Source: Escherichia phage CJ20
Strand: one strand, 5' to 3'
Sequence record: MT533174.1
Length of the DNA: 64,000 bases
In this document: positions 41,302 to 51,954 of the stretch, piece after piece
Position numbering within the stretch: position 1 is the first letter of the stretch
How the letters are laid out: every line of letters begins with the position of its first letter
Made by a program: the position numbers and the translations under genes
The notes under the pieces: model-generated
The model's database searches: none
What the model was told of the DNA's origin: nothing
The model's input: the letters and a program-made list of their open reading frames with translations, nothing else

Positions 41302-42879
41302 TTATGGTCCAACAGTCACGAATGTCGACAAAAGAACCCATGCATTATCAACAAGCACGTAAGGGAGTCCGTCAGCCGCAGGAGCGACAGGAGGCCTTTT
41401 GGCGAGCTCTGTTTCTAAGGCTGATACTTTACCTTCAAGTTCAGTTATCTTCGTCTCGGCTCCACTGGTGCGCGATTCGATACCATCCACACGTGATACT
41501 AGAGCAGGAATATCACCACCTACGATTTCGGCCCAAGCACCGTCCTGGCGCCCGTAAATCTTCGTATCAGATGGAGCGTCACTAAGCTTAGTCGGCATTT
41601 CATTTACCAGGCCTTCAACAGTCGGGAGAATACCTTTTTCAGCAACAGTCGAACCGTTTGGGTTAGTCCCTTCGATTTGTGATTTAATCGTCAGGATAGA
41701 ACCTTTAAGACCAGATTGGTTGTTACCAATTTCTGCCTGAATATCCTGAATAGCCGCGGCATTTGCGCGACTAGAAGTTTCGACTTCACGCATACGCGGA
41801 ATCAAGGAAGTTGGTGCCGGACTATCACTAATACCCACTGCAACGTTAAGGGCTACAACTTGTCCCTGTAAACCACTGCTTGTATTTTCTCCGATAACAA
41901 CATGAACACCTGTCATGTCATCACGCAACGTTTTTAGACGACCATTAATGGAAGTCGGTTTGGCATCAGTACCAATATCTGTTTCAACTTTCGACAATCT
42001 TGTATTCATACCAGAAGTGGTATTTTCTAAATTTGTTGCCTTGGTTTCCAGAGTCCCGACACGGTTTGCGATACTTTGACCTTGGCCAAAACCAATTGCG
42101 GTTTTGATATTCCCTATATCAGTTTCATTAGTTCCGGCTTTAGCTTCGACTGCAGTTAAACGAGTATAAACAGGAGATTTACCAATACCTTCAGTGCGAG
42201 GACCAAGTTCTTCGCGCATCTCATTTAATTTAATCGCGAGGCCACCAACATCCGAATCATTATAATTATCTTCGAGAATAGTAAGACGACGTTGCGTGGT
42301 TGCAATTGCCGTACTATTATCGATGATAATACGTTTCATCCCGGTGGCATCATTGGTTTCGCCTTCAGGCAACGGGTCGCCATTGATATCTTGGTTTGCA
42401 TAATGACCCATTTCACGCTTAATACGGTTAATATTGGCACGAACGGTCAAATATGGTCCATCTTCCAGTGGGTTATAATAACCAACATCTTCCTGTAATT
42501 CACCGAGATTTGTGCTGGTATCAAGTAAAGCAATATCAGTTTCGGCTAAACCAGTCTGGAGGCTTACAATATTAATACGGTTAGTTTCAATCTGTTGAAT
42601 AACGCTTGCATCTGTAGAAATATCCAGAGCTTCTTTAATCTGGTTAACGCTATCGACAATTTCGTTTACTTTGTCTTTAGTGGTCGCGTCATTCTTTTCC
42701 AGAGTTTCAACGTTGGTCTGTACACCCAAAGCTGCAGCATTAAGGGCACCATCGTGCCCATATTTGGTAGTGGCTGCAGTTAAGCAATCACCATTGCGAA
42801 TCCATTCAATTCGTTTTTGGTTAGCTTCTGGCACACCATCGACAAACGGAAGATTCACTAATTCTAATTTGTTAATCAT
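41302..42879 (-). CDS. wac: Fibritin (whisker/collar protein)
   Basis: 525 aa; N-terminus LPFVDGVPEANQxRIEWI and C-terminal foldon-like YVLVDNAWVLLSTF match recalled T4 fibritin. Confidence 0.88.
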   Translation of the reverse strand: MINKLELVNLPFVDGVPEANQKRIEWIRNGDCLTAATTKYGHDGALNAAALGVQTNVETLEKNDATTKDKVNEIVDSVNQIKEALDISTDASVIQQIETNRINIVSLQTGLAETDIALLDTSTNLGELQEDVGYYNPLEDGPYLTVRANINRIKREMGHYANQDINGDPLPEGETNDATGMKRIIIDNSTAIATTQRRLTILEDNYNDSDVGGLAIKLNEMREELGPRTEGIGKSPVYTRLTAVEAKAGTNETDIGNIKTAIGFGQGQSIANRVGTLETKATNLENTTSGMNTRLSKVETDIGTDAKPTSINGRLKTLRDDMTGVHVVIGENTSSGLQGQVVALNVAVGISDSPAPTSLIPRMREVETSSRANAAAIQDIQAEIGNNQSGLKGSILTIKSQIEGTNPNGSTVAEKGILPTVEGLVNEMPTKLSDAPSDTKIYGRQDGAWAEIVGGDIPALVSRVDGIESRTSGAETKITELEGKVSALETELAKRPPVAPAADGLPYVLVDNAWVLLSTFVTVGP

Positions 42880-42888
42880 TTTTATTCC

Positions 42889-44424
42889 TTATCTGACCTT
42901 AATAATAAAAAGAATAGACATGGACCATGGGCGGCTTTCATTACCTATCAGACCTTCGCTGTTTAATGTAGTTCGAGAATCACGACTGCCATCGCCATCG
43001 ACTTCATAACCTTCGTTCGTAAAATAAGAACGGTTATCCCAGTCCAAACCTTTACGAGTGCCTGCATAGTTTGAACGAGCTGTGTTACCAAATGCACCAG
43101 CATTATCATGTTCACCAAAACCACCGGCGTGCTTGTGGAAACGGAGTTGTTGTGCCTGTACTGTACCGTGACCATATGAACCAACACCTTGACCCAATTT
43201 AGGTTTTTGTTTGGAATCATTTCCTTTGGCGTTTCTTATATTAATGTTTGTTTCCCATTCCTTCATAGCACCATCGTTAGAGCTGTTGGAACCACGAGGA
43301 AACAATCCACGAAAATCTGGCTTATTACCAGTTGCGCCCCATTTACCACCAACGACATTTCGGAAACCAGCATCACCGACATTACCGCCGTCACAAATTT
43401 CCCAACCAGAAGGAATATTACCAGTTTGACCGCCCCACATAATAATAGTTCCGATTGGCACACTATCTTTTAGTTCGTTACGGGTTACAACATCCTGACC
43501 ATTTCTGCGTAAAGTTCCATTAACGTTAAGAGTTCCATTAATTGTACCGCCCCCAGTCGAAATGACGTTTGCATTATATGCAAGAGCTGTATTACCATCA
43601 CCTGAGCCAACGGTAGTTGTTAATTTAACAACACCAAGGCGACCAGTTGTGCCAGTTCTGGATAAAAGAGTGGACGGAGATAATGCAATATTCGAGTTAC
43701 TTCCCGCAGCTGCCTCGGACGGAGTTGCCAGACGAATAAGACCATTTTGGCTTTGCGTAGAAACGAGTTGTTTCAAGCCAAGCGGAGAAACTGCAACGCC
43801 ATCATTCATTGTCCCCTGCTGAACTTCCGCCGGAGTTGCAATTTTAACAATCCCTTGAACAGTGGTTGTTGCGGTGCTATAAGTTGGAAGTGCAGCCGTG
43901 GCTTTACCGATTGCTAATGAAACCTTCAGAGGAGTCATAGCTGTTGTATCATCAGTTCCGGCTAGCGCAGCCGGTTGGGTTGAAATCTTAATTACACCAT
44001 TGCGGTCTTCAGTAGAAGTGCGAGTATTAAATGTATTATCAATGGATGCTTTAAGACTTGACGGGACAATAGCTGCATCGGTTACTGTACCATCAATAGC
44101 TTCTGCATTGGTTGCGTAACGGGTAATACCAACATATGTTTCGGTAGCTTGTGTCGGGATAGTCAGTCGAGCTTTAAGAGTTTCTGGAGTTACTGCTGTA
44201 TTATTACCGAGACCATCAATAACTTCTTGTTCAGTTGCCAGTCGAATAATACCTGGGACTGCAACAGTTGCTTCTGGGATAAATCCATCAATAGCAATAG
44301 GAGCCAAAGCCCCTAATGCATCTTGAACGTTTGTTACTGTCGGCGAGAATGAAGTTCCCGCCGGGTCAAATGTTTTATATTCGGATTTATCGCTAATATG
44401 TTTTAGCGTGTTAGTCGTTGTCAT
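42889..44424 (-). CDS. 12: Short tail fibre protein
   Basis: 511 aa; repeat-rich, position between gp11 and wac. Confidence 0.85.
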   Translation of the reverse strand: MTTTNTLKHISDKSEYKTFDPAGTSFSPTVTNVQDALGALAPIAIDGFIPEATVAVPGIIRLATEQEVIDGLGNNTAVTPETLKARLTIPTQATETYVGITRYATNAEAIDGTVTDAAIVPSSLKASIDNTFNTRTSTEDRNGVIKISTQPAALAGTDDTTAMTPLKVSLAIGKATAALPTYSTATTTVQGIVKIATPAEVQQGTMNDGVAVSPLGLKQLVSTQSQNGLIRLATPSEAAAGSNSNIALSPSTLLSRTGTTGRLGVVKLTTTVGSGDGNTALAYNANVISTGGGTINGTLNVNGTLRRNGQDVVTRNELKDSVPIGTIIMWGGQTGNIPSGWEICDGGNVGDAGFRNVVGGKWGATGNKPDFRGLFPRGSNSSNDGAMKEWETNINIRNAKGNDSKQKPKLGQGVGSYGHGTVQAQQLRFHKHAGGFGEHDNAGAFGNTARSNYAGTRKGLDWDNRSYFTNEGYEVDGDGSRDSRTTLNSEGLIGNESRPWSMSILFIIKVR

Positions 44425-45089
44425 TAGTAGACTCGCTTATAGTGATAAAGAGATGTTGGACCATTAACCGAACCACCTTGCAATACTACATCTTGTGCGC
44501 CAAGATATTCCCATTGGCCATAACCAGAGCGGGGTTGCTGAACAATAGTCTGTTCCATAACACATCCATATTGGGTCGTAGGAGCAAAGATGTGATTCTG
44601 ATAGTCGTTATATGTAATATTTAATATAGACTGGTCCAGTGCATCGATAGCAGTCGCAGAAATAATCATTCCCTGGGAAATTGCAGTCAAAAGAACGTCA
44701 TTGACTTTCGATGCAACCAGCACGCTCGAGTCGCCGACAATAACTTCTACCGGGAAACCGAATACTTTAATAAGAACCGTTTCGCCAAGGTTTTCGCCAG
44801 AAATAGACCCAGTGAACTTAATTTTATCAGACTGACTAATAAATCCAGGGGCGGTATTCTCATGACGAGTAATTATCGAACCAACAGGAAGTTCTGCACG
44901 AAATGCAATATCATCAATTGCACTTTGGACTGTTGGATAGAATACACCATCATTTGTCTGGTTAGCAGACGGGCCACCGATATAGCGGTTACCCGCTACA
45001 GCAGTGGAATCAGTAGTTGTATAATCAAACTGGAGGTAACCAGCATGGCGGGATATTACACCCGCCTTTTTATTTGTCAACGTAGTCAT
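44424..45089 (-). CDS. 11: Baseplate wedge subunit / short-tail-fibre attachment
   Basis: ORF between gp10 and gp12; start taken as ATG overlapping gp10 stop (MTTLTNKKAGVISR resembles T4 gp11 N-terminus NNKAGVISRL); rest appears diverged. Confidence 0.7.
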   Translation of the reverse strand: MTTLTNKKAGVISRHAGYLQFDYTTTDSTAVAGNRYIGGPSANQTNDGVFYPTVQSAIDDIAFRAELPVGSIITRHENTAPGFISQSDKIKFTGSISGENLGETVLIKVFGFPVEVIVGDSSVLVASKVNDVLLTAISQGMIISATAIDALDQSILNITYNDYQNHIFAPTTQYGCVMEQTIVQQPRSGYGQWEYLGAQDVVLQGGSVNGPTSLYHYKRVY

Positions 45090-46900
45090 TATGCAATCCT
45101 TACCCAACGGTAAACAATCAAATATGGAGGAAGCGTATCTATTGGCTGTGCCAGCGGGTCAAGAGCTTCGTTAATAGTCGCATAATCTTCACGATAGTTT
45201 GTATAAGCAGGACCTTGCGCATCTGGGTCAACCTGGCAACCACCAACAATAATTGGACCAGTTGCATCAGCTACCAATACTTTTTCATCGGTCTGAATTT
45301 TAGGAATATTGTTTGATTTAATATGAATCTGTACATTACCACCAGTTCCGCCCGCAGTTGCCTGAGGAGCACCAGAAGAATCAAGGTCGTTATTGTTCGT
45401 ATGGAAGTTCGAGGCTGGGTCAGCAGACCAACCAATCAAAACACGTTCTTCAAGGCGCTTCCATGTTCCCATACCCATATATGTTGCAGGGTTATTCGGG
45501 TTAGTCGTGTTCTCGTAAATTGTGCCAATTGGATGGAACATATTAAAGAGAATCGAAACAGCAGATGGTTTAATTTCGCTTGGGTCAACCGGTTCCAGGT
45601 TAGGAGCAAACGGATTATCGTAATCCGTAATTCTTATATCGCCGGTGATTGAAACTTCTGGACCCTGGGAAACATAGATGTTATTTGTTTCATCTGTAAT
45701 TTCATCAAGAGTCATTGTGGTGCCGATATCGTTATTATACCAAACGATAGACAGAATATCGCCATCTTCAAATGTGCGAGCAAACTCAAAAGATTCAATA
45801 CGGTTGTCTTCATCAAAGGTTGTTATATAGTCTTCTTTTGATTTAGCCCATTGACCACCATTATCTGTACACTCTTCTGCAGTGTCACCATCAGCACCTT
45901 CGCATGTATAAGCTGGATAGTTTGCAGTTCCTGCTTCGTGTTGTAATATGCTGTTGATATAAACTTCACATGCGTTCGGGTTAATTGGACTGCTAGGAGA
46001 TACCGCTAGTTCAGTAACCATAAATGTGTGTTTAGTAGATAAATCAGCTACAACCAAAGAGCCTTCGACAGGGGTTTCAAGAGTAAATTTCGAATCACGG
46101 ATTTGAACATCTCGACGGTTATAAGAACTACGATACTGAGCAATACCATCGTTGAATGTTCTGACAATAACTGTGTCACCAGCTGCACAAGGCATACGTA
46201 AACGAATATTGCGACCGTCAAGGGTTACAATTTCACCAGGCGCAGCACCAGGCGAACCGAATTCAGCATTAACCGGGTCGAAAATATCATCTTTGCCATA
46301 AAACAGGTCGTTACCACGATGTTTAACTTCGAGGCTTGCAATGTTATAAGGACGACCATTAAACACATCCAGGAAGTCCGTTTGACCTTCTGTTGCGATG
46401 AATTGCTGGGTCTCAACAGTTGCCACGTCGTTATTTGAAATCTTGTCAATCTGTTTGTTGTCAATGTATTCCCAACGACCTGGAGAGCAATAAACCAGTT
46501 CGATATCTGCCAGGTTACGACGGATAACAACAGGGTCAGGAGAGCCTTTCATTGTGTCACCGACAGCCGGAACAATCGTCACCGGGGAGACTTGCCATGT
46601 TGCAAACACATCACGCAAACGAATAACGTAATTATATTCGGCTGGTGTCCCTTTAGGTAGTTTAACAGTAATCATACCATTTGAAGTATTCACTGCATAG
46701 CTACGACCCATAACGGCTTCCAGAGTTGTACCGTCGGCTACTGACCATGTTTTCCATGCACCAGCAGCATGAGGATTTTCTCCATCGCCGAGCTGGTAGT
46801 AAAGGTCATCAAAGTTATTATTAATTTTTTGGCCGCCGAGACGAAGATAATCGCCGGTACCATCATCGACCATCACGCCTATTTTTAAATTTTGTTTCAT
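45089..46900 (-). CDS. 10: Baseplate wedge subunit
   Basis: 603 aa (T4 gp10 about 602). Confidence 0.82.
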   Translation of the reverse strand: MKQNLKIGVMVDDGTGDYLRLGGQKINNNFDDLYYQLGDGENPHAAGAWKTWSVADGTTLEAVMGRSYAVNTSNGMITVKLPKGTPAEYNYVIRLRDVFATWQVSPVTIVPAVGDTMKGSPDPVVIRRNLADIELVYCSPGRWEYIDNKQIDKISNNDVATVETQQFIATEGQTDFLDVFNGRPYNIASLEVKHRGNDLFYGKDDIFDPVNAEFGSPGAAPGEIVTLDGRNIRLRMPCAAGDTVIVRTFNDGIAQYRSSYNRRDVQIRDSKFTLETPVEGSLVVADLSTKHTFMVTELAVSPSSPINPNACEVYINSILQHEAGTANYPAYTCEGADGDTAEECTDNGGQWAKSKEDYITTFDEDNRIESFEFARTFEDGDILSIVWYNNDIGTTMTLDEITDETNNIYVSQGPEVSITGDIRITDYDNPFAPNLEPVDPSEIKPSAVSILFNMFHPIGTIYENTTNPNNPATYMGMGTWKRLEERVLIGWSADPASNFHTNNNDLDSSGAPQATAGGTGGNVQIHIKSNNIPKIQTDEKVLVADATGPIIVGGCQVDPDAQGPAYTNYREDYATINEALDPLAQPIDTLPPYLIVYRWVRIA

Positions 46901-47769
46901 TAGATTGCTACCCCAATGGTTTGTGTCTCGGCTACCTTAATGGCGAGCTTCATGGAGACTGGTGCGCTTACGGTCGCCGTAACGAAGTTGTCAGCGCCTA
47001 TTTTAAAGTTAATGGTATATAACTCATCATCGTCATCCACGTGACCACGACGCAATACACCGTATTCTGTGCTATACACTTGGTTAGCTTGAGTGTCTAC
47101 AAAGAGCATGACCTCTGATGCTTTGTATTTAGTTTCATCAGTAGATATAGCGGTTAACAAAAGTTTCATTGTTTTGAAATCACTGCGCAATGCAATCGGA
47201 ATATCTCTTGCGTTCAGGCCAATATTATAAGTTCGGTCCAAAGGAATGTGTTTTACACCAAACATATTTTCGATTGAATAATCCCAGGTACCGACGCCGT
47301 TTGCATCATCGATACACCAAAGAGTAATCTTTGTATAAGGGCTGGTGAAGCGAATTTTGTTAGTCGGTGCCGAAACGAAAGTATCTGTGCCTTGTAGTTC
47401 GATTTCCAGAGATTGAGTCGGTGATAAAGTCCCGTTAGAGTTAATGAAGATAATACCTTCACCCATTTTACCGCGGGCAATCCTGGCAGTAACAACACCC
47501 TTGGAGGTATCAACGTCACGGAGAGAACCGAGCGCAACAGGAGTGTTCCATTCGATTATGTTTGTTGCTTTTTGATAATAACCAGTAGCATGCAAGACTT
47601 GGGATTTCTGACCGTTATCGATTGAATAAAGACGTTGGTCACCGAAGGTATTATAGACGTTATCAAAATCTTCGTTAATTTTACGACCACCATCATATAA
47701 GATATCGCCGGTGCTGGCGTTACCAATTTCGCCGACATCTATTAGAAGTTTTGGGGTTTGATTAATCAT
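46900..47769 (-). CDS. 9: Baseplate wedge subunit / long-tail-fibre socket
   Basis: 289 aa; TATAAATA on - strand at 47797-47804. Confidence 0.82.
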   Translation of the reverse strand: MINQTPKLLIDVGEIGNASTGDILYDGGRKINEDFDNVYNTFGDQRLYSIDNGQKSQVLHATGYYQKATNIIEWNTPVALGSLRDVDTSKGVVTARIARGKMGEGIIFINSNGTLSPTQSLEIELQGTDTFVSAPTNKIRFTSPYTKITLWCIDDANGVGTWDYSIENMFGVKHIPLDRTYNIGLNARDIPIALRSDFKTMKLLLTAISTDETKYKASEVMLFVDTQANQVYSTEYGVLRRGHVDDDDELYTINFKIGADNFVTATVSAPVSMKLAIKVAETQTIGVAI

Positions 47770-47796
47770 AGGTAAGCCTCATTATTGATATAGCTA

Positions 47797-47804
47797 TATT
47801 TATA
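47797..47804 (-). promoter_or_regulatory. Late promoter core TATAAATA upstream of gene 9
   Basis: Octamer on - strand between gp8 terminator and gp9 ATG. Confidence 0.5.
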
Positions 47805-47832
47805 AAATAAAAAAGGGACCCGAAGGTCCCTA
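47804..47832 (-). terminator. Terminator after gene 8
   Basis: GGGACCcgaaGGTCCC hairpin; T-run on - strand. Confidence 0.55.
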
Positions 47833-47833
47833 G

Positions 47834-48838
47834 TTAGAATTCAAAAATAATATTTACTTCTTCGGTTTGGTCCATTGCACGATAAACAGGTGGCCTGTTT
47901 TCCATGTAAATCATTTCACCAGAATGTCGACTCAAATCAATAGCATCATAATATTCCTTTGTTGCTTTGATGTTTGGGTCATTAGGAGCAGCTTTAATTT
48001 CCAGAGGGTTAGCGACAATTGAAATCTGTCTAAAACCTTTGTTACCTGGAAGACTGAACTGAGGAAAATAAATCGAATCCATGAAAGCCTTGAAACGAAT
48101 TGTATTACCCTTGATACGATAGATTAAACCATAATCATTTTGCTGCCATGTCAGGTTATCTTTGTACCCCCAACGTTCTGGGTCTTCTGCAATTTCTTCT
48201 GGCCATGGAACAACGATATATTCGTTTGTGCAGCGGTTAATGGATACGTCAGGTGGAATCTCATAGAGATATTCCCAGAGATAGCCATCACCCATATCAA
48301 CACGTCCTTCAGTATCGCCAGTCCCTGATGGAGCCCGGCTGGAAGCATAGTCTGAAGTCCATTTACCACCAAGCTTAAGACATTCTTGCTTATTAGTGAT
48401 GGAATAAATCGAACAAGTACCAGATTCAGGAACATCCACACAACGATAAACCATCCAACCTTTACCAACATCAGTTCGGTTATATGGTGCGGTATTACTT
48501 ACGACAATTTCGCCAATCTGGAAGTTCAGCGGGTTAGGATAACGAACATCACCCCAATCCTTACGAGGAACCACGCAGTCAAGCATGGATTTATACACCT
48601 TGACTGCTCCCATCATATTAGTCCAAACATCTTCAACACCTTGAGCATCATCAACCGGATAAGGTGGAGCAAACCCCGGGTCGTTCTCGTTTGCAGCCCA
48701 TGGTTCTGCACGACCGAACGTGACATACATTGTATTTTCAGTGGCGCTATCCCCGATAGCGCCGTAAAAGTTATACATTTTTTCCGTTCTGAATTTTGAT
48801 GTAACAATCGAACGGTAAACTACGGTAGAGTTATTCAT
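47834..48838 (-). CDS. 8: Baseplate wedge subunit
   Basis: 334 aa (same as T4 gp8). Confidence 0.82.
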   Translation of the reverse strand: MNNSTVVYRSIVTSKFRTEKMYNFYGAIGDSATENTMYVTFGRAEPWAANENDPGFAPPYPVDDAQGVEDVWTNMMGAVKVYKSMLDCVVPRKDWGDVRYPNPLNFQIGEIVVSNTAPYNRTDVGKGWMVYRCVDVPESGTCSIYSITNKQECLKLGGKWTSDYASSRAPSGTGDTEGRVDMGDGYLWEYLYEIPPDVSINRCTNEYIVVPWPEEIAEDPERWGYKDNLTWQQNDYGLIYRIKGNTIRFKAFMDSIYFPQFSLPGNKGFRQISIVANPLEIKAAPNDPNIKATKEYYDAIDLSRHSGEMIYMENRPPVYRAMDQTEEVNIIFEF

Positions 48839-51800
48839 TTACATTTACCTGTGTAGGATTAACCGGGTCTCTTGGATTACCAATATCATCTTTAAGACGT
48901 TGGTCAACTAATGCTCTCCAATTCGAGAATGTAACAGCAGACTGGTCAAACAGTGGACTATATTTTCCACGACGTTGTGACGGTAACAACCCATAGAACA
49001 TAGAGAAATCATTCTCGGCATCATAATCCGCAGGTAACGGGAAAGGTTGACCAGCATTAGGAGCGATGTTATATATTGCTTCGCCTGTGGTAGGGTTTTT
49101 CTCAATAGCACCATCAACACCAATCACCGCAACTCGGTCATTCCATTCGGACGGAATACCAGAAGACCATCTATAGTTACTTAATTTATTAATGATTGTC
49201 TCGGTGTGTTTAAGAGTCAAACCAACGTTAACAAACATTGTCAGCAACGTAATACCGATGAATCCAAATCCAACCGGGTGAACGAATCTTAAAACGTCAT
49301 TACGATAACGGGAGGTCGGAAGGTTTGACTTAATTGTCATTACGTAATAAGAGCGATTACGGTTAATATAATCGATGTTGTTACTCAACAACTCTTTACC
49401 ACGAACACCTTGTACAATCATCCCCTCGAATGAGGTTCTTTCTGATTTAATTTCTTGTCCAGCAATAAAACGACCCAGGAGATTATGAATCGTGATGCGC
49501 CATCTTAATTTACCATCTTTATAATCGCGCTCCATATAAGTCACATTACTGCGCCCGGTAGCGGTATAAATGGTTTGGCCTACAATGTCTTCACTGATAT
49601 TATCAGATTCAACTACGATATCATACTCGGTTCCGTTCTTGGATTCGATGTCAATTTCAACATCTTCATTATATAACAATTTGAACAGGAATTTATAAGA
49701 TGCTTCTGTGCCTTTTGTTGCCCAAAAATCAGACTGTCTGGCTTGGAAGAATCGAACAGCTTCGTCACGTTTTTCCTTGGAAAGATAAATGTTGCGTTTG
49801 TACATTTCGCTCCAGAGATATTCCCATGCATCTTCCTCTCGCGGATATTGGTTGCGAATAAGATTCAAAAGGTTATTATAGTATGTACCGGAACCATCAC
49901 TGATGAACTGCAAATAGTATTCACAGAATTTTTCAAATTTGCTATCCTGTAAAAGATAACTATCCGGGACCATTTTCGTTAACAGTGGCTGCAAGTCAGG
50001 GTCTTTTTCCTTGTTCTCATTTTCCGGAGTCCATGGAATATCGTGTTCCTGGTTTTGCAGTTCAGCCATAAGCATAATTTCTTTTGGCTTCCAGATGATG
50101 CGCACTTCATCACGCACGCGATAGTCAAACTCAAAATAGCCAATTAATTCCCCGGTATTTTTATGAAGCATAATCCCGGAGGCATATTTTTTAAAGCTAT
50201 TGAATTCGATGTTAGGTGCAGTAATCGTTACTTGACCTTTGTTCCAATATTCATGCACGATACGTTCCGGGGAAGTTCCACCAAATGTATCGATGATATA
50301 TTGATAAAGAACATCATTATAGACGACCATTGCTCGGTCTGAAGTCGTAATCCAACAACGAGTATCGTCACGTCTTGACCAGTTAAAGAACGGCTCTGCA
50401 TAGTAAGTCATACGACCTGGTTTGAACTCTTCGAAATCAGAATCTTCACCAGCTCTGAAGCTCATCATCAGGTAATGCTTATCATGTATCCATTGCTCAT
50501 CGTAAACGTATTTGACTGCTTCATTAACTTCATCAGGATATTTAAGAGGTAGTTCAGTATCAGGCTCAACCGAATATTTGAAGTTACTGGAGCTAAAGAA
50601 CACTTCGATGCCATCAGTTGACATGCTCGCATAACCGTGTTCGATTCGACGACGTTCTTCTTCTGTATTACCAAAAACTCTCGTCCATGTATCAGTAGCG
50701 GGGTCTAATTTATAAACACCTTTATCCAGAGAGTCAACAACGTTTTCAGGTTTAGTTGGGTCTTGTCTTTCTTCTTTAACTTCACCCGTAATTAATGCAA
50801 ATGTATGACCTTGAACCGAATCCATTTTATAGCAAACTGCTTTAGGGTTCGCCGTAATTGTACTGTAACCAGTTTCAAATAGTTTTTCACCGAAGGTTGG
50901 AGACCCTGGAGTTGTATCAATCGGGGCATCGGAGGTTTTTGCTTTATACACACGACCGCGCGCCGCAACATAAATGAACTCATCCGAAACCGTAATAGCT
51001 TCTGCTATTTGCGAAATATAGGCCGGAAGTCTTGCATAGTTACCGAAGATTTCAATATCAAATCCAAGGTTAATATCCGAACCGACTTTAGCAAATGTAA
51101 TATCTTCAGAACTGAATCGAACATCATCTGCAGACCATCTTATGTCACTTGACTGACGACCATAGAATATGCGGTCATACCCAAGAACATAAGTTGTGGT
51201 ATCAGTCTGGTAATACACAGTTCTTGACACAGGGTTACCGATACGCTCATTAAAGAGTCTTATGTAATACCAGTTCTGACCTTTGTCATTGGAGACTTTA
51301 ACCATCGGCTGAAAGCGTTCGAACAGATAAAGCACGCCACCAAGTTCAGCAAGCATCGTACGGTTTTGGTCAACACAAACTGCTTGAATCGGTCCCTGGA
51401 TTTCGTGATATTGGTCTTCTTGTAAAACATAGTTCGAGATTGAAGACAAATGAGAATATGCAGAGGTCCATGTAAAGTCTTCGGACATCAATGAGGCCAT
51501 AATAGCATCATTGTTAAAGTTGATATATCTCTGATTGTTATTGGTGAATTTTTCTTCAATGAACTTATTGGCCAAGCTAAATTCGCGCATATGTTCAAAA
51601 GTATATGCGTTCGTGGCGAAGGTTTCAAATTCCTCGGTGTATTCCCAATCAGACCGTTCGAAGCCCATTGCCGCAACAGACACGCGCATCTGATAACTTG
51701 TTAACGGACGAATATATTCCTGCTCAAACCATTCATTGTCTGCGGTATAACCAAGGTCACGCCAAATTAAATCTCTAGTTGGGATGTGTACTCCATTTTC

Positions 51801-51926
51801 TGTGATTTGTGCAATCTCCACAAAATAGTAAAAGTTGGAGCCTACATCATCCCATTTAATACTAACCTGGTTGGCAGATAGTTTATCAATCCGCAAGCTA
51901 GTAACAGAAGGGGCTTTAACAGTCAT
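48831..51926 (-). CDS. 7: Baseplate wedge initiator
   Basis: 1031 aa (T4 gp7 about 1032). Confidence 0.85.
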   Translation of the reverse strand: MTVKAPSVTSLRIDKLSANQVSIKWDDVGSNFYYFVEIAQITENGVHIPTRDLIWRDLGYTADNEWFEQEYIRPLTSYQMRVSVAAMGFERSDWEYTEEFETFATNAYTFEHMREFSLANKFIEEKFTNNNQRYINFNNDAIMASLMSEDFTWTSAYSHLSSISNYVLQEDQYHEIQGPIQAVCVDQNRTMLAELGGVLYLFERFQPMVKVSNDKGQNWYYIRLFNERIGNPVSRTVYYQTDTTTYVLGYDRIFYGRQSSDIRWSADDVRFSSEDITFAKVGSDINLGFDIEIFGNYARLPAYISQIAEAITVSDEFIYVAARGRVYKAKTSDAPIDTTPGSPTFGEKLFETGYSTITANPKAVCYKMDSVQGHTFALITGEVKEERQDPTKPENVVDSLDKGVYKLDPATDTWTRVFGNTEEERRRIEHGYASMSTDGIEVFFSSSNFKYSVEPDTELPLKYPDEVNEAVKYVYDEQWIHDKHYLMMSFRAGEDSDFEEFKPGRMTYYAEPFFNWSRRDDTRCWITTSDRAMVVYNDVLYQYIIDTFGGTSPERIVHEYWNKGQVTITAPNIEFNSFKKYASGIMLHKNTGELIGYFEFDYRVRDEVRIIWKPKEIMLMAELQNQEHDIPWTPENENKEKDPDLQPLLTKMVPDSYLLQDSKFEKFCEYYLQFISDGSGTYYNNLLNLIRNQYPREEDAWEYLWSEMYKRNIYLSKEKRDEAVRFFQARQSDFWATKGTEASYKFLFKLLYNEDVEIDIESKNGTEYDIVVESDNISEDIVGQTIYTATGRSNVTYMERDYKDGKLRWRITIHNLLGRFIAGQEIKSERTSFEGMIVQGVRGKELLSNNIDYINRNRSYYVMTIKSNLPTSRYRNDVLRFVHPVGFGFIGITLLTMFVNVGLTLKHTETIINKLSNYRWSSGIPSEWNDRVAVIGVDGAIEKNPTTGEAIYNIAPNAGQPFPLPADYDAENDFSMFYGLLPSQRRGKYSPLFDQSAVTFSNWRALVDQRLKDDIGNPRDPVNPTQVNVNE

Positions 51927-51954
51927 TAAGATTCCTTAAAGCCTCCGAAGAGGC